This document shows positions 54,301-64,000 of a DNA stretch of 64,000 nt, piece by piece (the first letter of the stretch is position 1; each line of letters starts with the position of its first letter). The translations under genes were made by a program, and so were the position numbers. This stretch comes from Paragordius varius (Eukaryota; Animalia; Nematomorpha): positions 5,084,001 through 5,148,000 of the forward strand of contig OZ176051.1 in the NCBI GenBank assembly GCA_964247055.1, read 5' to 3'. The notes beneath the pieces were generated by a model that was given only the letters and a program-made list of their open reading frames with translations, had not been told where the DNA came from and did no database searches.

Positions 54301-57300
54301 AAATATTTTTTTGTTTTACATTGATAACTAATATATTAAATATAGTTAACATATCTGAGCAGGTAAAAATGCATGTTACGGTTTTATGTTTGACATTTTA
54401 TTTTCCAAATCAACTATTTATATTTTAACAAACACCTTGTCACTAAAGATTGAAAATAAGATCAAGATATATAAAACATCTTTTAAAGTATCTGAATATC
54501 GCCAAATATAAATAAATTTATTTGAATTATAAATGTATAATTATACAAAATATTCATAATATTATGTTTGAAATTAACATTCTTCTTATTGATATTAATA
54601 CAGGTATTTTAATTATATATTGATTCACGATGCGGTGTGCGTTCATGATGATCATATAGATTGAATAATAGTCTAAGATGCAATAATTAAAGATAATCCT
54701 GAAAATTTACCATCATTTTCTAGGTGGATTCTATCAACTAAAATATAAGATAATTAATATATTAGAAAATTGATACCTGGATTCTAGAAGATTTTCAACA
54801 TAATTTTAAATATTGGGGGCTAAAACATTCAAAGTTTGAAAGGGAACTCAATAAGCTTGACTTGGCTTTTTAACAACTAAATTTGCAAAAAAATATTTTC
54901 TTCATGATAAGAAATTCAAAAATTATACTTTATGTTTTTTTCGTTCTACCATCCTAAACTATAAATATAAAAAACTATATGTTAGTGTTGCCTTACTTAG
55001 TTTTTGGAGTACTGTTGCATTCAAAGCTTTTGAAAAAAAATATTTGTTTCTATTTTCTTTGACTCATTGGTGAAATCATATAAGCCCTTTCATACTTATA
55101 GTTTAGATAGTAGAACGAAAACGCAAAAACATAAAGTATCATGAATTTTTTATCATGAAGAAAATATTTTTTTGCAAATTTAGTTGTTAAAAAGCCAAGT
55201 CAACTTTATTTAGTTTCCTTTGAAACTTTGAATGTTTTAGCCCCCAACATTTAAAATTATGTTAAAAATACTTCTAAAATCCAGGTATCAATTTTCTAAT
55301 ATATTAATAAATACCTTTCTATCTTATATTTAAGTTGATAGAATCTACCAAAGATATGATCATCATGAACGCACCGCATCGTATATCAATATTAGAAATT
55401 ACCTGTATTAATATCAATAAGAAGAATGCTAATTGTAAACATAATATTATGAATATTTTGTATAATTATACATTTATAATTCAAAAATTTATTTATATTT
55501 GGCGATATTCAGATACTTTAAAAGATGTTTTATATATCTTCATCTTATTTTCAATCTTTAGTGACAAGGTGTTTGTTAAAATATAAATAGTTGATTTGGA
55601 AAATAAATTGTCAAACATAAAACCGTAACATGCATTTTTACCTGCTCAGATATGTTAACTATATTTAATATATTAGTTATCAATGTAAAACAAAAAAATA
55701 TTTAAAAAACCGCAAATCATAGTAATTTTTACCTGTATACTAATTTATTAAAAACCGCAATTTACACCAGTTTTTTAAATGTCCAAAATATTTAGTAATT
55801 AATTAAATAACAATGATACAAAATACAAAAAATGTTAAATTTGAAATTCGTTAAAAAGCACCATTTTCACCTGTAATTATTAAGATTTCCAAATATGTAG
55901 GAATTAATTATGATTAACGATGTTAAATAAAAAACAATAATACCAAATATATAAACAACCGCAATTATATCTGTATTTATTAAAATTTCCAAAATATTTA
56001 TTAATTAATAATAAATAACAATGATACAAAATATAAATATGTTAAGCTAAATTTATTAAAAAACGCAATTTTTACCTGTATTTATTATTGTCCAATATAC
56101 GTAGTAAATAATTACAATTAACAATGCAAAACCTAAAAAAACAAAAAAAAACTAAATTTTTACTAAATTTGTTAAAAATCGCAATTTTTACCTCTATTTA
56201 TAATAATGTCCAAAATATGTAGTAGTTAATTACAATTAACAATGCAAAACCTAAAAAACAATTTTTTTTACTAAGTTTGTTAAAAACCGCAATTTTTACC
56301 TGTATTTATTATAATGTCCAAAATATGTAGTAAATAATTACAATTATCAATGCAAAACCTAAAAAACAAAAAAATCTAATTTTTACTAAGTTTATTAAAA
56401 ACCGTAATTATTACCTGTATTTATTATAATGTCCAAAATATGTAGTAAATAATTACAATTAACAATGCAAAACCTAAAAAACAAAAAAAAATCTAATTTT
56501 TTACTAAATTTATTAAAAACCGGAATTTTTACCTGTATTTATTAAAATGTCCAAATTATGTAGTAATTGATTACAATTAACAATGTTACATAAAAAAAAC
56601 AAAAAAAAAATAAATTTGATAAATTTAAAAACCGAATTTTTACCTGATTAAAATGTCTGAAATACTTAAAAATTATTAATAATTAACAATGCAAAACATA
56701 AAAGACCTAAAATATACTTAAATTTTCACAATTATATATTTACCTGTGTTTTTTTAATTAGTAATAATAACTATATAAAATTATAATACCAATAATGATT
56801 AATACAGGTATTTAGCATGTTGAAAAATATTTATTATTAATAAGAATAATTAACATAAAATATCTTAAAATACGTATTTTACTATTTATTAATTTATCAA
56901 AGATAAAAACCCACAAAATTCCGCATCTAAATACGTAACAACAATATTACAAATGTTAACATAATTTGCTATAATATTCTCAAAATTTAACATTACAAAA
57001 TATCCATCAAATTAAAGCCTAAGTTAATTCTCACGTCAATCTTCTTTCATATGTGTACTACGAAATAATTTCGTGGGTCAGTATTTTACGCTTTTGATAA
57101 ACCATTTATGTTATTTGGCAGGCAATAAAATTACTTAACATACATTAAAATGCATACTGTAAATCAGGTTTTATTTATTTTTACATGTATTAATCCTTTT
57201 ATATTTTTACCCGCTTATAGTTTTGGTAAATAAATATACATATGCAATTGTTTTTCAGTTAAAATTTCTCACATCTTTTATTACACTCACTATGTAAATA

Positions 57301-60300
57301 TACTATTAGGGGCTGTTAAAATACCCAGCAAATTTTTTTCTGATTCAATCGATAAAACAAGTGAACTTGATAAAACAACGAAAGCCGCAAATCCATTTGC
57401 CACAAACAAATTTGTCCCAACTAAAGATGAAACTAAGCAGAGTGGTGGTAGTGGTATGGATCTCAAAAAAATTATTTTAAATTCGGCCGATGAAATCTTC
57501 ACTGAAATAAGAGACAAAAACTTTAATGCCATAGGAACTTATCTAAGTCTTAAAGCCAAAAATTTGACGTCGCAATTTGAGGTATGTTAGTTCGTTTTTT
57601 TAAAAATACTTTTGCTTTATGGTAAAAATGTCCTATATATTTGCTTTAACTTTTGGAATAATAATTTGGTTTATTATATTATTAACTTGAGACAGGCTGA
57701 CAGCGATCGGGGATAAAAAACTACGCATTTTTTCCATCATTACTGTCAGCCCTGGGCAGGCGAGTGTTAAAGCCTTCACAAGTCCGGATACAATTTAAGT
57801 CCTTACCCTTTGATAAAAAAGGGAAAAAGAAACTCTAAACTGTAGAGACTAATTAAAAAAAATTACTTAAAGAGGTAAAATAAGGATTTTATTTTTTAGC
57901 TCATAAATGATCGCGGTCTTGTAAAATGGGATTTTTGTCAATATTTGACCAGACGCCCCGATATAAGTTTTTTGTAAGTTATCGTTAAAATTCCTGACTT
58001 TAGTATTCCAGTAGCAACTAATATATTATATTAATTAATTTATACCTCCTATTACTAGGATAAACTAATTAGTTTATAAACGCTTGTATTTCAAAAAACC
58101 CATTTTCATATTTTGTCCGTTAAATTCCATATAATATACAGATTTTTGCAATGTTTTTTTGTAGGAAAGACATCATGTGAAAACGATTGGTGAAGTTAAG
58201 GGTTTCGTATCCAAGATGCCGTATCTTCAAACACTCAAACATAATTTAGCTAATCGTAATTAACCCAATTTATTTTTTTTATTTTTCTTAGAGAAATTAT
58301 GAAATTCTAGTTTTTGTAATAGTTTTTAAGCAAAATATTTAATTAATCTATCCAAATTAATATAAATGTGATGTTTGAGATATGGAAATATCAAAATAAT
58401 AATTCAATTTTTTAGATACAACAATCGCAGAAATCATTAAAAGTTACGTCGATGATACAGAGTTCCGTGAAATGTTAAAAACAGAACAAGGTTGTATGAA
58501 ATATTTATCACACTGCTTTTTTGTTTTCCAAGCAATTAAAATTTGAGTTTAAAATATTTTTTTTAACCACGTTGGGTACAAGACATTAAATGGTTTAGAA
58601 ATATTGGTAAAAAAGATTAAAACTAGGAGATTACAATGTGTGGTGAACCATCTTACACTCTCATATTAATTATATTTTTGGAATTATATTGCTTGGTTAC
58701 CTAAAGATAGCCAATGGGTTTTCTGTGTAATATTTAATAAAATTATTTAAAGATTAAGATTTTTTATTTATTTTTGTATGCACAATAGGATGTTATTAAT
58801 TAATGGTAATATTTTAAGTATTTGAATATATTTTTTTATAAGAATGACCAAAAAACATTATCTACTATCATTATTTTTATTGATATTTCTTACATTGTAA
58901 TTTAAATATATCATTAAAATGTTCAGAAATGCTCTTTTCAGTCGATACCGATAAAGTTAACAATTATATTGAAAGCTGCATTATAAAGGAAGAACCGATT
59001 GGAAAAGTATTTTGTCGTTAATAATTTGGGCATAATAAATTTAAATTTTTTAAAATTAACTTTTCAAAATATAATTTAATGCGCCAATTAAGATTTAAAT
59101 AAACATTAAATATTTATTAAACAAAATAAATTTAAGGTGGTTAAAAATGGTCATTGGTTTCATAAAAAAATTTAAACCAAAAAATAAATTTTTGTGTTGC
59201 AAAAAAATAACCGAAATTAAAGGAAATATTAATTTATATCTTATATGACGAATTTTTTGCAATAAAATGATTTTTATTTCTAAAAATGTTATAATTATAC
59301 ACCAGCGATTTTGCGGATATTTCGCCTAATTTTTAATTTCATTTTTAAAAAATAATTTAAGCAATTTATATAAATTATAATAATTGGTTTTATGCTACAT
59401 ATATATTTAATAGGTACTTCGTTTGATTTGTCTACAATCATTCGTAAACAATGGATTGAAGACAAAAGTCTGGGAATTTTATCGAAGAGAAATATCACAG
59501 GCCTAACATTTTTACAGATAATTTTTGATTAATTTTGAATTTTTTCCCGCATAAATATTGTTTATCTTTTCAATAATTAACAAACCAATATTTATTTGCT
59601 TTGTATTTTAGAAATTTTTTATTTCATCATTAATTAATATATACCATTTTCAATTCAAATCCACTCTTAAACAATTCAAATTCACCCTTGAACAACTCAA
59701 ACACCCTAAAAATTAATTATGTGTTTTAGGGCTTAAATAACTCATTATTAATACAAAATATATCTTTATGGCTTAGTTTATTATTTTTTGCATTATTTGA
59801 ATTTTAAACAAAATTTTATTAAAAATATGGAAAAATAAAGGTAATTTTTAATATTACACATAATTTATTTGACGGTGAATTTGAAGTGTAAATATTAAAT
59901 GTTTTTTCACTTTTAAAACGCTTTTTTTTATAAAAGTTGTAAATTTAAATCTTATATAAGGTACGATATCAAGGACAAATTTTGAAAATTTTCTGTATTT
60001 AACATTTTAGGTGTATGGATACGAACATTTAATCACATGGGAAATTTTGGTTGAATGCGGTTTATTGGTTGAAAAAAATGCAAAATACGTTCCTAAAAGG
60101 CCATACGCTGCCCTAAATAAAACTTATAATTTAATTGTTGAAAAAACAGATGAAAAAGTACTAATTTTATTTTATATAAAATTTTCATATATTTTTAAAT
60201 ATTTATAAAATTTATTTGCCATCATCTTTTAGAATCCACATGATTTCTCCTATGTTCATAGTATATATGCCCCCTTATCCATCAGAATGTTAATTAAAAT

Positions 60301-62686
60301 TTTAACAGCCAACGATACTAAAACTTTGTCCAAAAACAGAAGCTCTAATAGTTCGATTGATTCCAAGTCAACAAAGGTGGTAATATAAACAAATATTTAT
60401 TTATTCATGGTTTTATATTTTATTTTAAACATATATATATATATATATATATATAAGGCAAAATGTCCTCTAGTAAATTTTGGATTTAATTTAAGTCTTT
60501 GATATGAATTTGCATAGATTAGTGGAAACCCCTTTAATTTAATTTTTTATTAAAATATTAGATTGGAAATGTTACAAAATCGGATAATACTTCTCTAATT
60601 CCTGCTATCTCACGTGTTAACAATCAGGCTTTAGTTTCTTCACTAGATGATCATTTAGGTATTCGTTTTTATTTTAAATATAATGAAGTTAGAATTTGTT
60701 TTTTTTATTTTAATCACAATTTTTATATATAAAGACACTTATTGAGTTTATGTAAATTTAATATAGCGTCAAATTTTTTGAAAAAAAGACTAAAAAAGGC
60801 TGATACATTTTTTACTTTAGAAATGTCCTGTCATTTGTAAATCCGAATAAGGGCTTATATTGGCCTTTAAACTCCTTTTGAACATTTTTAACGTTTGATT
60901 GCATTCCAGTCTCAATGGCAGTATTAAATATCATCAAGTTTTCTGTTAAAACAAGCATATAAAAATATCATGTTCTTTGTTGATAGGCTCAAAGTTAAAA
61001 CATAATACTTAAATTTTTTACATTTATCTCTTAAATTACCTTTTTATAAATTATTTTTTGACGTAAACTTAAAACAAAATATATTATAGAGTTTTCAACC
61101 CATTAATCTTTGTCTCTTTTATTTTTTAATTTTACCATTTTTTATGTTAGAGTAATTGAAAATATTTTATTAAAGAATGCATCTTTTAAATATTCATCAC
61201 TGAATCATAGTTCATGAGTCTTATTAACTCCACTACCAAATCTCTTAGTATTTGCCATTTTATATATATTTGACTGATAATAGAAAATACATCCTTTTGT
61301 ATATTCATCATTGACATAAATACAAATCAAAATATGTATACTTTTTTATACATTGTTTAATATAAAATAGGACGAAAACAACAACCAGCTACAAATTGGT
61401 CAGACACAGCTTCCAGTATCATAAGTAATAATTCTTCAACAAATAAAACTCATTTCAACAATGAACAAGACGGGGATCAAGATGCCGAATTAGGTCTTTT
61501 TGAAACGAACTCCTCACTGCATTCTGAAACACAAACCGTACTGTTTGTAATGATTGGCGGAATTACGTATGCTGAAATTGCTGCTCTGAGATACATGTTT
61601 AGATCGGAGGAATGTAAGTGATTGTTGATTTTTTTCGCAATAAAAAATATTTTATGGAACACCTCATAATGACTTTGATGGTGGGTAAAAATACATGGGT
61701 GTTTATGCGCATGACCCCTTCCTAAGAAAAATATATATGGATATTAAAGTTTATTTATAATATATAATAGTTAGTTAAAGTCTACAAATATTACAAAATG
61801 AATAAAAAATGATTAAATAACTTTCTACTACTTTTGGTTTATTATATTCAATCCACAAACTAGTAAGTTACTTCACCTTTAAACGATTTTTATATTATAT
61901 ATATCGAATGCATGATGATCAGCAAGTCTATTTTTTAAGAACTTATTATAAGGGGTCAGATCCACTGTATTGACAAAGGGACATGCATGTATTGAAAACT
62001 TTGTAACATTTATTATAAATTACAACGTTTTAAGCAAAAGATGTAAAAATATTTGTAAGAAAATAGTCTCGATTATTAGTTTTGATGAATTATGAATATA
62101 TGATTTACAGCAGAGGTCGGCAACCATTTTTTGGGGGTGAGCCCTTTTTTAAATAAAAAATTTTGAGCCTGCCCTACGCTTGAAAATGTAATTAAAATAG
62201 CACTCTCTGTCAATATAATAGTATATTAATAAAATGGAAAAAAATTATTCTTAACATACATGCCACATAAATAATGTGACTTTAAGCAATTTTGCACTCC
62301 TTTTTAATTAAAAACCTAATTTTATTCATGACTATAATAGTTTATTTTCATTCATTTATTAAAAATTCAATGTGCTTTCTGTTTTTGAATATTCTTTGAT
62401 AATTTATTTAATCTAGTTGTGTTTTCGATACTGAGACTCTCAACAAGTTTTGCAACGCTTAGGTTAATTTATTTTTTTTAGCCACGGTAGGTTGCCGACC
62501 CCTGGTTTACAGTGTTAATCGTTTGTAAAGTAATAAATTAATTAACAGGCACCAAAAATAATTTTATTTTTGTCATAAAATTTGTCATTAGATGCCTGTT
62601 ATGATTATATGATTGTAACCACTGAAATTTTAAATGGGAATCGTTGGTTAGAACGCATGACATACAATGAAAACGAAGATGGCTGA
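51364..62686 (+). CDS. VPS33A: Vacuolar protein sorting 33A (Sec1/Munc18 family), 17 exons, about 734 aa
   Basis: [96 protein letters not shown] and TTEILNG. Exons sum to 2205 nt in frame. Confidence 0.92.
52841..57159. mobile_element. 4.3-kb foldback (giant inverted-repeat) element in VPS33A intron 7
   Basis: TA-CAGTATGCATTTTAATG ... CATTAAAATGCATACTG-TA; arms about 52841-54980 and 55075-57159 with a roughly 95-bp spacer; no transposase ORF. Confidence 0.9.
53230..54300. repeat. Tandem ~102-117 bp subrepeats in the foldback arm, mirrored at about 55700-56770
   Basis: TACAGGTAAAA-type motif recurs at about 53358, 53467, 53583, 53698, 53806, 53923, 54028 and 54130. Confidence 0.85.
59641..59895. 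mobile_element. TA-flanked MITE, family copy 3, in a VPS33A intron
   Basis: ATACCATTTTCAATTCAAAT start and TTCAAATTCACCCTTGAACAA subrepeats; its interior is inverted relative to copy 2. Confidence 0.65.
62111..62504. mobile_element. hAT-type MITE in the last VPS33A intron
   Basis: CAGAGGTCGGCAACC and GGTTGCCGACCCCTG (14/15); flanks ATTTACAG and GTTTACAG (7/8). Confidence 0.85.
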
Positions 62687-62999
62687 TAAAATAAGAATGT
62701 CCTAAATTAAATTATTATTTATCTCTTTATTTATTATCATATATATAATCAAGATCTAATAAATTGGTTAAAATGAAATATATGTATATAATTAAATAAA
62801 CTAGCACACACATCTGAATACCAATTTGATTATTATTCAAAAAATTAAATTATTTATTTGTGTGGTGAAAATTATTGCAAATAAAATGTATAATCAATCA
62901 AACATTCCAACATGATGATATGACAGTATATACCGCTTTTAAAAAATACAAAAAAGGAGAAAATGCAATGCGTCGTTCATGTGTGTGATTGATTATTTT

Positions 63000-64000
63000 T
63001 TAAACTTTTTGATGTCGTCTAGTTTCCCTGCCCAAGATACCGCGTTTGTCGTTTAGGGACCCATGCAAACTCAGGTAAATAGATAGGGTGGAAAGTAATC
63101 TAAAGTAAAATATCATTATTATTATTTTTATGTAAAAATTAAAAAAAAATCAAAAATTCTTATTTTTTAGAGAATTCCATATTTTTTTATAAAACCTATC
63201 TTATGGCTGCGAAATAAGGAATAAATTTAGATAGAAATAAGTAACACTAAAGTTTATTATATGTTGCACAATTGTAATCGATAGGTTACATACAAAAAAA
63301 ACAAGGATCAAAAATTATTTTTCTTAAAAATATTAGTTTTATTACTTTTCATTTTTTCTGCATTATCTTAATTATTACTGTATGTATATTAAATTTTAAA
63401 TTTAGTTTTTTGCTAAATGTCAAATATTTATCATTGTAAGATCTGCTAAATTTTTACTTTAAATTTTGTTGCATTTCCAAATATTTGATAGCATCATTAA
63501 TCCAACCATCGGCAACTAATCTGGGCTGACCGCGTAATAAATTTAAAACCTAAAAATAGTAAAATTTACATATGCATGCATATGGTAAAATAAAAAAGAG
63601 ATAAAAACTAAAAGACAAATATTTTTATAAAATACAACCATGCATATTTTTCCAACATTAGCTAATATATTGTAATACCATTACCACCTCTATTTTTAAT
63701 CTTAAAACACAAATAGATAAAGGCTGATTTATAGAAAAATATTTCTCTTTTAGTTTTTATATAAATTCATTACTGTAATAAAATTTTCGAGTGCAATGTA
63801 TATAATAATTGTTTTGTCTTACTTTAACAGCGCTAGTAATATCTCTTTTCTGTAAAACATAATATTCAGCCAAGGATAAAACTTCAAATGTGTCTCCAGT
63901 AAACCGGATTGTAGACGCTTTCCTAACAAACAGAAATATTATTATATTTTTTTGAGCAAATACTTTTTTTGGAAAATTAATAATCTGTTCCAAAAAAATA
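63000..64000 (-). CDS. IMMT: MICOS subunit MIC60/mitofilin, 3' exons only (64000-63964, 63922-63823, 63549-63458, 63099-63000)
   Basis: Spliced DTFEVLSLAEYYVLQKRDITSAVK|VLNLLRGQPRLVADGWINDAIKYLEMQQ matches the mitofilin C-terminal domain pattern; splice phases are consistent. Confidence 0.8.

Noticed and set aside
53230-56770. Regular ~110-bp repeats as a possible CRISPR-like array
   Set aside because: Whole units are similar with no unique spacers, the context is a eukaryotic intron, and there are no cas genes.
1-64000. tRNA, rRNA, snRNA or telomeric arrays, and a species assignment
   Set aside because: No cloverleaf, rRNA or Sm-site signatures were seen; the taxon cannot be fixed without a database search.

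Overview
Very AT-rich eukaryotic DNA, animal-like by gene content; the species cannot be fixed from sequence alone. Spliced gene models were built by hand from GT-AG sites and protein homology recalled from memory, with no database search. Eight genes are recognisable: YEATS4, CDK11, PCBD, BANF1, DHTKD1, cytosolic HSP90, VPS33A, and the 3' end of IMMT/MIC60 running off the window. There is also one unidentified multi-exon helical protein and a lineage-specific tandem-repeat protein. Genes mostly sit in tight head-to-head or tail-to-tail pairs separated by transposon-rich DNA (RTE LINE relics and hAT, piggyBac-like and TA-flanked MITEs). Main observations: (1) many 21-31 nt spliceosomal introns alongside kb-scale TE-filled introns; (2) a 4.3-kb near-perfect foldback element inside a VPS33A intron; (3) a CDK11 with a short N-terminus and a roughly 540-aa C-terminal tail, starting 34 bp from the YEATS4 ATG; (4) a protein of tandem AKAP-like helices with a PP1-type RVxF motif. 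No tRNA, rRNA or CRISPR array was found.
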